DNA of 64,000 nt from an uncultured cyanobacterium (GTDB taxonomy: Bacteria > Cyanobacteriota > Cyanobacteriia > Phormidesmidales > Phormidesmidaceae). Both the position numbers and the translations under genes were made by a program. Position 1 is the first letter of the stretch, and each line of letters opens with the position of its first letter. Where the stretch lies: positions 544,001 to 608,000 of the forward strand of contig CAWBZI010000004.1 in NCBI GenBank assembly GCA_963793265.1, written 5' to 3'. The notes under the pieces were generated by a model. The model saw only the letters and a list, made by a program, of their open reading frames with translations, made no database searches and was not told where the DNA came from. Below, piece by piece: positions 41,947-51,175 of this stretch.

Positions 41947-42330
41947 ATGACAACGATGACGATGACAATGGTGACTGAAGACAACTTTAATCAGGAAGTA
42001 CTAGCCTCTTCAGAGCCAGTTTTTGTCCACTTTCAAGCGCCTTGGTGCAGCATTTGTCGGTTAATTTCCCCTATCCTTAGTAGTTTCCATGCTGAATGGC
42101 AAGACAAAGGGTTTGGCGAACTACGCGTTCTTGAAATTAACGCCGACGAAAACTTTAAACTTGCCAATCAGTACCAGCTCACTACGCTACCAACGCTGCT
42201 TTATATAGGAAATGGCGAAGTCATTCAGCGTATCGAAGGGTTTGAGGGCCGTGAGATTTTTCGGGCTTATCTAGACAACATTGCCTATCGACATCAATTA
42301 GAAAATACTTTTGTCTCTCACTCTGTTTAG
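41947..42330 (+). CDS. Atypical thioredoxin (WCSIC active site, TrxC-like)
   Basis: NFNQEVL, FQAPWCSIC, INADEN, LPTL. Confidence 0.85.
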   Translation: MTTMTMTMVTEDNFNQEVLASSEPVFVHFQAPWCSICRLISPILSSFHAEWQDKGFGELRVLEINADENFKLANQYQLTTLPTLLYIGNGEVIQRIEGFEGREIFRAYLDNIAYRHQLENTFVSHSV

Positions 42331-42377
42331 AAATGTTTGGGGATATAGATAGACCAACTAATACAAACTAACTAAAG

Positions 42378-42413
42378 AGCAGCACTAGGATGTATATCCG
42401 GTGCTGCTTTTTT
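42378..42413 (+). terminator. Intrinsic terminator between the thioredoxin gene and ribD
   Basis: AGCAGCAC...GTGCTGCTTTTTT. Confidence 0.8.
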
Positions 42414-42446
42414 GTGACTTTTTCCCTGATAGAACATCTTAATAGA

Positions 42447-43529
42447 TCACAAGTAGCCTTGCAGCAGAAAGTCATCAGCTACAGGCATAATGCTCACCTG
42501 CTTGAGCGTTTTAGCCTCGGTCATTTTTGCTAAGCCCATCTCTCCGATAGGCGATGGCGCATGAGCGCCGCCAATGAGCTTAGGCGCGATAAAAGCCCAT
42601 ACTTTTTGCACTGCGCCTGCCTTAATTGCCTCAGCCGCCAGCGTACCACCACATTCCCAAAGCACACTCATGAGGCCGCGTTCGTAAAGGCAATCCATTA
42701 CCGCATCAGGTGTTAGGTGCTCAAAGCTAATCACCTCTACGCCCTGCTGCTGAAGCGAATCTTTCACCGTTGCATCAGCGCTGTGCTGTGTCATGACTAC
42801 TGTCGGCACGGCTGATGTGTCCCAAAGGTTAGCGGCCACTGGCAAATGAAGCCGACGGCTCATGACCACTCGTAGCGGATTGTGCGTGCCCTCACCATGA
42901 CTGGTTAAATTTGGATTGTCTTGACGCACCGTATTACCGCCGACAATTACCGCGTCGCAGCGGCTGCGGAGCTGATGAACCTGCTGGCGGGCAGGTGGGC
43001 CGCTAACCCAGGCGCTATGACCGGTGTTGGTCGCAATTTTGCCGTCTAGCGTCATGGCATATTTCAAAATGCCGAAGGGTTTGCGGTGCGTTACCCGGTA
43101 GATGAATGCTTCGTTGAGCTGACGGCAGCGATCGCCCTCGACCCCCACAACCACCTCAATTCCAGCCGCCTGTAGTTTTTCAACGCCACCGCTTGCCTGC
43201 GCATTAGGATCTCTCATGCCGATTACGACCCGGCGAATGCCTGCTCGAATCACCGCTTCACTACAGGGCGGCGTTCGACCCGTATGGTTGCAGGGCTCTA
43301 AGTTGACATAGAGGGTGGCCCCTTGGGCGCGATCTGCTGCGGCGCGAAGTGCAAATACTTCAGCGTGAGGCTCGCCTGCTTTAGGATGGTAGCCCTCACC
43401 GACAATCTCAGTGCCCTGCACAATCACCGAACCCACTAGCGGATTAGGCGCTGTATGACCTGCTGCTGTTGCCGCCAAATCGCAGCAGCGGCGCATCATG
43501 GAAATATCTTCAGCAGGCGTTTGAGTCAT
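42447..43529 (-). CDS. ribD: Riboflavin biosynthesis deaminase/reductase
   Basis: PNPLVG, HAE, LEPCNHTGRTPPC, AMTLDGKIA, DNPNL, ECGGTLA. Confidence 0.97.
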   Translation of the reverse strand: MTQTPAEDISMMRRCCDLAATAAGHTAPNPLVGSVIVQGTEIVGEGYHPKAGEPHAEVFALRAAADRAQGATLYVNLEPCNHTGRTPPCSEAVIRAGIRRVVIGMRDPNAQASGGVEKLQAAGIEVVVGVEGDRCRQLNEAFIYRVTHRKPFGILKYAMTLDGKIATNTGHSAWVSGPPARQQVHQLRSRCDAVIVGGNTVRQDNPNLTSHGEGTHNPLRVVMSRRLHLPVAANLWDTSAVPTVVMTQHSADATVKDSLQQQGVEVISFEHLTPDAVMDCLYERGLMSVLWECGGTLAAEAIKAGAVQKVWAFIAPKLIGGAHAPSPIGEMGLAKMTEAKTLKQVSIMPVADDFLLQGYL

Positions 43530-43639
43530 TGTCTTTTATTGGGTTATATTCAAAAATATCGCCTCCACAGAATATATTGCCGTGAGCTAGTCAATGACGA
43601 CAGTAGCCTACTACCATATGTCGGTGTTGTGGTGAGTGT

Positions 43640-45463
43640 ATGACAAAGCGAGTTCAATATCAGCTAAAGCGTCGTCGCTTCAACAAAGGCTGGCTGATTA
43701 AAAGCCGGATGGCTGGCGACTTAATCGCGGTGATGATTGTAGTTGCAATCGCCCTTACCCTCCCAATTGCCGTTCACGCTCAAATTCCATCTTTGCCAGG
43801 CACCGCTACAGAGCAGCCTACCGAGCAAAACAGTACAACTCCTGACGTATCAGATCCAGCACCTGCGCTTAACCGCCTGCTGCCCGAGGAATTAATGCTG
43901 TCTTCGCAGAGGCTAGATGAGGCAACTATCTATTTAGACGGTAGAGAGCTGTTTCGCGTTAGCGCGCCAATTGTGGCAGGTCAAAGGCCCGCAGAAGTTA
44001 GAGCGCAAGAAATTCAGGAGCGACTCTATGGACTGATTCGACAGCTCAATGAGCCGCCTGCCATTACGGTTTCAGTTGATGGCCCCAGTAACCTACCTGT
44101 TATTTACGTGAATAGTCAGCCGCTACTTACCGTGACTAATGCAGATGCTCAGCTCAGCAGCTATGCAGGCCCAACCCTTCTGGCATCTTATTGGCGTGAT
44201 GTTTTGAGCGAGGCGTTTGAGCAATATTTTCAGGAGCGATCGTCCTCCTTTCTGCAGCAGCAGGCCAAAAGAGCGCTTGGCATTTTCGCGGGTGCTCTCA
44301 TCTTACAGCTTGCAGCTCGCCCGCTATCTAAACGTCTCAACCGTAGACAAACCAGGCTCGTTAAGGCTCAAACCCAGCTAGGTAATAGTCGTCATCCCAA
44401 TCCGAGCGTAGCTGCCCCCGTCACGATTAGCCTTGCTAGTGTCTATGAGCAGTTTAAGGCGCGTTTAGATAACCGGCAAAAGCGCAAAATTAATGAAATG
44501 GAGCGGGGGTTGCTGTGGCTGTTTCAAATCGTGCTGTGGGCCGGTAGCCTGCTGTGGATACTCTATTTATTTCCCTATAGCCGCTGGCTTACGGTTCTGC
44601 TGCTCTCTGCGCTCAGAATTCCAGCGCAGATATTTCTGCTGGGCGGCCTGGCGTATGTGGCCGTACGGCTCAGCAGTTTGATTATTGATAAGATAAGTTT
44701 AGCGCTGCGCAAAGGGACAACTTGGGGGCCTGAAAAGTCCCAGCGTTTGACGCTAAGGTTTTCGACGTTTTCGCAGGTGGCTAAAGGTGTTGCTGGGGCA
44801 ATTATTCTAGCGATTACAGTGCTGTTTTCGCTGGCGATCGCAGGTATTCAAATAGCGCCCCTACTGGCAGGTGCAGGCATCGTCGGCATCGGCATTTCGC
44901 TAGCGGCCCAAAGCCTGATCAAAGACATCATCAACGGCTTTTTGATTCTGCTGGAAGATCACTTTGGGATTGGTGATGTTGTTTCAGTCAATGGCTTAAC
45001 AGGCGCAGTTGAGCATGTGAACTTGAGGATCACGCAGCTCAGAGATACCGAAGGGCGGCTGATTACGATTCCAAATAGTCAAATTAGCACCGTGCAAAAC
45101 CTGTCGATGGACTGGGCACAGGTGGATCTGTCGGTGACGGTGGCCCATCAGAGTGATATTGGCAAGGTGCTGAAGTTGCTGGAGGCGATCGCAACCAATC
45201 TGGCTCAAGAACCCAACTGGCAGCGGCTCATTTTAGAGCCGCCCGATGTTTTAGGTGTCGAAACGCTTGACTCTAAAGGCATTACCCTGCGCCTATGGCT
45301 CAAAACGCAGCCATTGCAGCAGTGGGTCGTTGCCAGAGAGCTAAGAGCGCGTATCAAACAAGCCTTCGATCGAGAAGGGATTGCACTTGGCATTCCTCAA
45401 GAGCAAATTACCGTTCATCGCGAAGGTCGGCAGGAGTCTCAAGTTCCTGAGCTAGAAATCTAG
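43640..45463 (+). CDS. Large MscS-family mechanosensitive channel
   Basis: Periplasmic N-terminus, LAGAGIVGIGISLAAQSLIKD, GDVV, LRITQLRD, IPNSQI. Confidence 0.9.
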   Translation: MTKRVQYQLKRRRFNKGWLIKSRMAGDLIAVMIVVAIALTLPIAVHAQIPSLPGTATEQPTEQNSTTPDVSDPAPALNRLLPEELMLSSQRLDEATIYLDGRELFRVSAPIVAGQRPAEVRAQEIQERLYGLIRQLNEPPAITVSVDGPSNLPVIYVNSQPLLTVTNADAQLSSYAGPTLLASYWRDVLSEAFEQYFQERSSSFLQQQAKRALGIFAGALILQLAARPLSKRLNRRQTRLVKAQTQLGNSRHPNPSVAAPVTISLASVYEQFKARLDNRQKRKINEMERGLLWLFQIVLWAGSLLWILYLFPYSRWLTVLLLSALRIPAQIFLLGGLAYVAVRLSSLIIDKISLALRKGTTWGPEKSQRLTLRFSTFSQVAKGVAGAIILAITVLFSLAIAGIQIAPLLAGAGIVGIGISLAAQSLIKDIINGFLILLEDHFGIGDVVSVNGLTGAVEHVNLRITQLRDTEGRLITIPNSQISTVQNLSMDWAQVDLSVTVAHQSDIGKVLKLLEAIATNLAQEPNWQRLILEPPDVLGVETLDSKGITLRLWLKTQPLQQWVVARELRARIKQAFDREGIALGIPQEQITVHREGRQESQVPELEI

Positions 45464-45493
45464 GCTTCAGTCTCTAGGCTTGAACATCACCCC

Positions 45494-45718
45494 TTATGCA
45501 TCAGGCGAGATGCCGTCCTCTGGAAACACCCATTTGGGGCCTTCACTTTGGCGCTCTTGCTGCTTGCGACGCACCGCCTCAGCCGCCATTTCTAGCATGG
45601 TGTCTAACGATGTATTCTCAATGAAACTGGACGCTTTTTCCTGTTCATTTTTATGTGGGCACTGCTCGCCCAGTACGCAACCGTTAACGCAGTCTACAGC
45701 GCAGTTAATATCTGCCAT
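45494..45718 (-). CDS. Small Cys-rich hypothetical protein
   Basis: CAVDCVNGCVLGEQCP at the N-terminus; co-oriented downstream of bioF. Confidence 0.75.
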   Translation of the reverse strand: MADINCAVDCVNGCVLGEQCPHKNEQEKASSFIENTSLDTMLEMAAEAVRRKQQERQSEGPKWVFPEDGISPDA

Positions 45719-45787
45719 GATGTCTTCAAAAAATAAATGTCCTCAGTCTCTGATTTTAAAGGATTTTGACGGTGAGCCTGCCTATCG

Positions 45788-46990
45788 TTAGAGGGTGTTT
45801 ACCGTAAGGCATTTGCCAAGTTCGCTGATTAATTGATCGATGTGCGCATGGGTATGCGTTGCCATTACGCTCATTCTCAACCGACTAATCGGTACGGTGG
45901 GCGGACGGACGGCAGAGATAAAAATGCCTTTGCCAGTGAGCTGTTGAGATAGGTGTAAAACGGTCGCCGCGTCTTTGACCTGTAAGCAGACGATGGCTGA
46001 ATCGGTGGGCAGGCGTTTGAGGTGGACACTTGCAGCCTCGGGGAGGTTGCTGATGCGCTGATCGAGCTGTTGCGTGAGATATCGGACGTTTTGGTGAAGC
46101 TGCAAGAGGCGGTCGGGCTCTTGTTTGAGGCAGGCGATCGCACTCAAAGCGGCCCCCGTATCAGCCGGAGAAAGACCTGTTGTATAAATCCAACTTGGCG
46201 CTCTGTTTCGCAAAAAATCAATCAGCTCAGCGCTACCTGCAACATAGCCGCCCAGGCTTGCAAACGCCTTGCTGAGCGTGCCCATCTGTACCATCTGCTG
46301 GTGCTGAATACCAAAGTGTTCCACGCACCCTGCGCCCGTTTTGCCCAGTACGCCTGCGCTGTGGGCCTCATCGATCATCACCATCGCCTCGAACTTTTCA
46401 CCTAGGCGCAAGATTTCTGGCAGCTTACAAACATCGCCATCCATGCCAAACACGCCATCGGTAAGAATCAAACAGCGGCGATAGGCAGATCGGTGTTGGC
46501 TGAGCTGTTCGGTGAGTTCAGATAATGAGCTATGGCGATAAGTGAGTAGGGTTGCGCCGCTAAGGGTTGCGCCGTTTTTGAGGCTGGCGTGGTTGTATTC
46601 GTCCGAGAAGATGAGATCGCGATCGCCCACCAGCGCAGTAATCGTGCCGATATTAGCCAGGTAGCCGCTGCTAAAAACAAGGGCGTCTGCGGTGCCTTTG
46701 AGCTGTGCGATCGCCTGTTCTAATTCTCGATGCAAAGGGCGATGGCCGCTGAGCAATCGTGAGCCGGTTGCGCTGGTGCCGCAAGTTTGGGTGGCAGCGA
46801 TCGCGCCCTCAATTAGTCTCGTATCTCCCGCGAATCCTAAATAATCATTGCTGGCAAAGTTCACCATCTGACGATCATTCATCGTCACCACCGGGCCACT
46901 GATTCCGGCTATAGGCTGCACCTGTCGGTACCAGTTAGCCTTATGGATGGTGCTAAGAGATTTGCTAATCCAACGATAGGGATCTGACAC
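45788..46990 (-). CDS. bioF: 8-amino-7-oxononanoate synthase
   Basis: FASNDYLG, GSRLLSG, NHASL, DEAH, GTLSKA, RPPTVP. Confidence 0.95.
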   Translation of the reverse strand: MSDPYRWISKSLSTIHKANWYRQVQPIAGISGPVVTMNDRQMVNFASNDYLGFAGDTRLIEGAIAATQTCGTSATGSRLLSGHRPLHRELEQAIAQLKGTADALVFSSGYLANIGTITALVGDRDLIFSDEYNHASLKNGATLSGATLLTYRHSSLSELTEQLSQHRSAYRRCLILTDGVFGMDGDVCKLPEILRLGEKFEAMVMIDEAHSAGVLGKTGAGCVEHFGIQHQQMVQMGTLSKAFASLGGYVAGSAELIDFLRNRAPSWIYTTGLSPADTGAALSAIACLKQEPDRLLQLHQNVRYLTQQLDQRISNLPEAASVHLKRLPTDSAIVCLQVKDAATVLHLSQQLTGKGIFISAVRPPTVPISRLRMSVMATHTHAHIDQLISELGKCLTVNTL

Positions 46991-47050
46991 GAAGAACTCA
47001 AGAGTGTTTTGACTATTCTTATGGTTCCACTCAGACTTTGAATCTGCAAT

Positions 47051-47089
47051 AAAAAAAGCTGACTCCTAAAACAAAGAGCCAGCTTTTTT
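47051..47089. terminator. Intrinsic terminator
   Basis: AAAAAAAGCTG...CAGCTTTTTT. Confidence 0.75.
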
Positions 47090-47116
47090 GACTATCTGTA
47101 GCCTATAGATCTAGAT

Positions 47117-47944
47117 CTATGCCTGTTGAAACTGACGGCGACCCAACATAAGTCCACCGACTGCTAGCAGGCCCAAAACAACGCCCGGTTCTGGAACAGC
47201 CGCAGCCTCTTCTTCTATGAGTTCTACTCTAAAACGCGCCACCTCGTAGCCGTCTGCTGTGAAGTCGGCATTAATGAAACGAGGTTCGCTCAAAACGCGC
47301 CCGCCTGGTATGAATCCTGAAGCCAACGTCACACCGCTGCCTTCAACCACACCAGTATCAGGAGCCTCCTGACCAAAGAAAGCTGTGTTCGCGGCCAGCT
47401 CATCATTTACTTCGCTACCGCCATCTAGCACCTGAGCGCCAGATACAACAAAATCCGTGCCGATAAAGTTGCCACTGTCGTCAAAAATGCGGTGAGCGAG
47501 CGGATTGCCATTGCCGATGAAAAAGTCATTGCTCGGAATCACCATACTGGCGTAGCTGAAGTATTGGCTACTCGCGGCGTTACTATCAAGATCTAGGGTG
47601 AAACTAGCCGATTCACCTGGATCGATCGGGCCAGGTGTGAGGGCCGTGCCCAAAATAGCCCCTTGAGCAACGCCGTTGCCCGCTGCTGCAAACTCGGCAT
47701 TGAGTGGATCAACAGTTCCATCTTCAACCAGGCGCTCTAAGCCTGCGGTGATGGGCTGATCGCGATCATAAAGATCGAAGTTGCCATCATGGAACCCGAA
47801 CCAGGCAGGCGTCAAAAAAGTCCCGTTGTCAGGGGCTAAATTATCGACGGTGATTCTGATGCTAGCAGCATGAGCCATTGGCAAAACGGCCAAAATAGAA
47901 CCGATAGAAACTGTTCCAGCTATTAAACTATGACGTATATTCAT
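47117..47944 (-). CDS. Spondin-domain PEP-CTERM exported protein
   Basis: Signal peptide, ASMVIPSNDFF, DGGSEVNDE, C-terminal VPEP + TM + RR. Confidence 0.9.
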   Translation of the reverse strand: MNIRHSLIAGTVSIGSILAVLPMAHAASIRITVDNLAPDNGTFLTPAWFGFHDGNFDLYDRDQPITAGLERLVEDGTVDPLNAEFAAAGNGVAQGAILGTALTPGPIDPGESASFTLDLDSNAASSQYFSYASMVIPSNDFFIGNGNPLAHRIFDDSGNFIGTDFVVSGAQVLDGGSEVNDELAANTAFFGQEAPDTGVVEGSGVTLASGFIPGGRVLSEPRFINADFTADGYEVARFRVELIEEEAAAVPEPGVVLGLLAVGGLMLGRRQFQQA

Positions 47945-48069
47945 GAAAGTTTTTCCATAAGTTTGCAACTGCTCTCAAGCAGTCCAAATCACTATGGAGG
48001 ACATATGCCGAGAATCTCCTGAGGGGATTCTAAGAAAATCCTGAGCGCAGTCCAATCGAGTTTTAATAC

Positions 48070-50844
48070 TTAAGCTGTTTCTGCTAGCGGTAGCATCACC
48101 CTGCTAAGCGATCGCCCATCTTCCATCTGAGAAAGTGTAAATTCGCCACCAAGCTGTTGCATAAGCGACTGGCAAACCCATAAATGGCTATTACGGGGCT
48201 CTTGTAGCGTAGACGGTGAGAGCAAGTCAGCCGGGCAACCGTGCTCTAACTCATACAAAACATGGGGTTCTATTGAGCCCTCGTCAGTGATTGAGACTTC
48301 GAGCCAATGATCGTCAATAGGGCGACACCAGATGTCTATGCGATCGCCCACAGGAGAGCGATCGCACGCCTCTGCAATCAGCTCGTACAGCACAAACTCA
48401 ATCTTTGAAATATCGCCTGCAATTGTCAAATTACTCTCACAGTGAACTTTCGTCCATAGCTGCCGCTCCTGCACCAGTGGATTAGCCCGTGCCATCGCCC
48501 GCTTTAGCAAACTAATTAGCGCGGTATTCTCATTTTCTATAGACAGCTCCCAGCGCTCGCTTTTGGTCACCTTTGCTAGTCGCTCAGTGAGCGTACTCAT
48601 CTTTTGCAACAGCATCTTCCGCTTAGGATCGGTGCTGCCAGGCTGCAAGTTAATCTGCTTAAGACAGTCTTTAACTCCCTGGTTGAGATCGTCTATTTGA
48701 TGCTGCTTGTACCAGTTAAGCTGAACGAGCTGCTGCTGATTAGTGAGCATTCGGCCCGTCAGCTTAATATGACGGCGGCACCAGGCAAGCTGATTGACGA
48801 CGACTGCTAGCAAACTGGTTTGTTCGTCTGACCACTGACGCCCCGCACTATCGGCCAGCACAATGACTGCATTAGGTTCATGCTCAGGCGCAGTCCGCAA
48901 CGCCATTACCAATAGCTGTGCGCCTGCTGGCCCTGAAATCCACTGCTGATTGTCATTCGGCAAGTCTTCTATCTTCAGCGTTAAGAGCCCCTCTGTCGAA
49001 GCCGCCCAGTTCAGCACGGCGTCTGTCTCTACTGAAATCTGGCGCTTGTCGTCAATGTGAAAGCTGTTGTTTTGACTAAGTACGTTGCTCGCTTGGGCGA
49101 AAGCCTCGCCATTTTCCCAGGCAATAATTGCAGCTAGCGGAGCGTGTAAAATTTGGGAGATATGGCGCGTCGCGGACTGATCGAGTGCTTTAATTTTTGA
49201 GAGCCGCTGAAGGCTACGCATCCCCCACTGTACGCTCTCGTGGAGGTGCGCTTGCTGATCGGTTTGGCGCTGTAGCTGCCACTGATGCAAAATTAAGCCG
49301 ATCTGATTGCTGAGTGCCTGTACCAGTTCGCGCTCTACCTGGCTCCATCGGCGCTCTATTTTATCGGCAATGACAATCACGCCTTCGGGTACCTGACCGG
49401 GCGATGTGTTGCTAACTAAAAGTGATTTGGCATTCATGGCCAAGAAGTGCGATCGCCAAGGCGAAAACTTCAGCTCATTGTCCAAACTCTCGACGCTCAC
49501 AGGCGAATGCGCCCGCTTCAGCATTTGTTCATCTACGCTATCTAATGGCAACCAGTGTTCTGATCTCTCTACGCCTACACCCGTGCGATAGCACAAGTCA
49601 AAGCCACCCCGGTCGGGATTTGCAATAAGTACCGTGAGCTGATCAGTGCCAATTCGAGCAGAGAGTTGTTCTACACATAGGCCCAATACGTGCTGCCAGT
49701 CGCGATCGCTATGAATGCTGCGCGTAATCCCTGCAATCAGCAGGTGATCAGACTTCGCTCTGCTCAAGGCCGCATCCATCTCTGAGGTTGGCATTGCTAA
49801 GCCCACAAGCTGCGCCACCCCTCGCGCATACGCCTTTTCTACATCACTCCAAATTCGCGCCCTCGCGCCCTCAACCGTAATAAATCCCTGCAGCTCACCC
49901 TGATAAATGATGGGTGCAACAATCAACGACTGAATCTTCAAGTGCTGCATTAAGCGGCTCGCCATACTCGCCTTGAGCGATCCTTCTGCTTCTCCTAGCG
50001 CAACCATTTCATCCGCGCACAGGCTTTGATAGAGGCTCTGCACTTCACTCACTGCCAGGTTGCTATCGGCCTTGCCCCGCAATTTCCCAACCCGACACCA
50101 AAAATACCTTCCCCGAGGCTCTAGCCAAAAGAGACTTACCGGCGCACCCACAAACTTTTGAGTTTCTTCGGCAACCACTTCTAACCGGGCATCTAGCCCT
50201 GGCAGCGACCCTAAAGATCCTAACAATGACAGTAGCGGCTTGGCTGGTTGTTTCGTCTGCTGCCTTTGCACCTCCAGCGCATTTTGGTGAATGGCTTCTG
50301 CCAGCGCATTGTTAATCGCCAGCAGCGTAGAATTTTCTAAAATGCCTGGCATCACACCCCAGCGCCGCGAGCCCAAAATCATCAGCCCAAAGCAGATACC
50401 CTTCCGCTGAATTGGTAACATGACCGTGCCTTGCAGCTCAAACGTTTTGGCAATGCGCTCCCACGCCCCCGCCCGTGATTCCTCTCGAATGTCAGCAATT
50501 ACCGTGGCCTGCTGCTGCACGATTACCTGCTCTAACAAATCGCCAGGATGCAGTGCTAAAGACGTATGTGAGAACCGACGCGGCCCGTTGGTAATGACGC
50601 CACGGGTAGTTAGCTTGTGCGCAAAGCGATCATATAGGCCAATCCACAGCAGCGTGTAGCCAAACTCTGCTCGAATCGCCTCTAGCGCCTCTTGAATAGA
50701 TCTCTCAATGGTGTCTGCTTCCCAAATGGCCGGTAGCACCTGAGAAAGATCTTGCTTGCTCAAATCTCTAGCAGACCGCCGATCGGTGCTATTAGCGCCT
50801 TTACTAGAGCGGCGATCGGGGTTGTGAACTGTGGGCTTAACCAT
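48070..50844 (-). CDS. Multi-GAF protein with degenerate histidine-kinase-like C-terminus
   Basis: About four GAF-like repeats (RRW, RIWSDVE, RRWSQVE, RQWSDEQ); HATPase-like tail lacking canonical N and G boxes. Confidence 0.8.
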   Translation of the reverse strand: MVKPTVHNPDRRSSKGANSTDRRSARDLSKQDLSQVLPAIWEADTIERSIQEALEAIRAEFGYTLLWIGLYDRFAHKLTTRGVITNGPRRFSHTSLALHPGDLLEQVIVQQQATVIADIREESRAGAWERIAKTFELQGTVMLPIQRKGICFGLMILGSRRWGVMPGILENSTLLAINNALAEAIHQNALEVQRQQTKQPAKPLLSLLGSLGSLPGLDARLEVVAEETQKFVGAPVSLFWLEPRGRYFWCRVGKLRGKADSNLAVSEVQSLYQSLCADEMVALGEAEGSLKASMASRLMQHLKIQSLIVAPIIYQGELQGFITVEGARARIWSDVEKAYARGVAQLVGLAMPTSEMDAALSRAKSDHLLIAGITRSIHSDRDWQHVLGLCVEQLSARIGTDQLTVLIANPDRGGFDLCYRTGVGVERSEHWLPLDSVDEQMLKRAHSPVSVESLDNELKFSPWRSHFLAMNAKSLLVSNTSPGQVPEGVIVIADKIERRWSQVERELVQALSNQIGLILHQWQLQRQTDQQAHLHESVQWGMRSLQRLSKIKALDQSATRHISQILHAPLAAIIAWENGEAFAQASNVLSQNNSFHIDDKRQISVETDAVLNWAASTEGLLTLKIEDLPNDNQQWISGPAGAQLLVMALRTAPEHEPNAVIVLADSAGRQWSDEQTSLLAVVVNQLAWCRRHIKLTGRMLTNQQQLVQLNWYKQHQIDDLNQGVKDCLKQINLQPGSTDPKRKMLLQKMSTLTERLAKVTKSERWELSIENENTALISLLKRAMARANPLVQERQLWTKVHCESNLTIAGDISKIEFVLYELIAEACDRSPVGDRIDIWCRPIDDHWLEVSITDEGSIEPHVLYELEHGCPADLLSPSTLQEPRNSHLWVCQSLMQQLGGEFTLSQMEDGRSLSRVMLPLAETA

Positions 50845-51175
50845 AGGGGAGCAGAGCCTTTGAGGGCAAAACCTAACGTTGATGAGCGTGATATATAACG
50901 GAGATGCTAAGGGATGCACGCAGTTCGATACGATCCGTAGAAGTACCGAACTAAGCTAAAAATTTGTCATTCCTTTACAACCGTATGGTTCCCTTCATCT
51001 CTAGTTTGCCCAACGGTATAAGAACCAGTCAGTTCAAGATCTGTCTACCTGCCCTTGTCTGCCTTTTGTAGAGGTGGGGCAACAGAGCAGCCGAGATCTT
51101 GATATATTGCTTGCGGTGGTCGTTTTTACGCCTGCATCTATTCCTGTTTTATTGGATCTATTCGGAGCATTTCTT

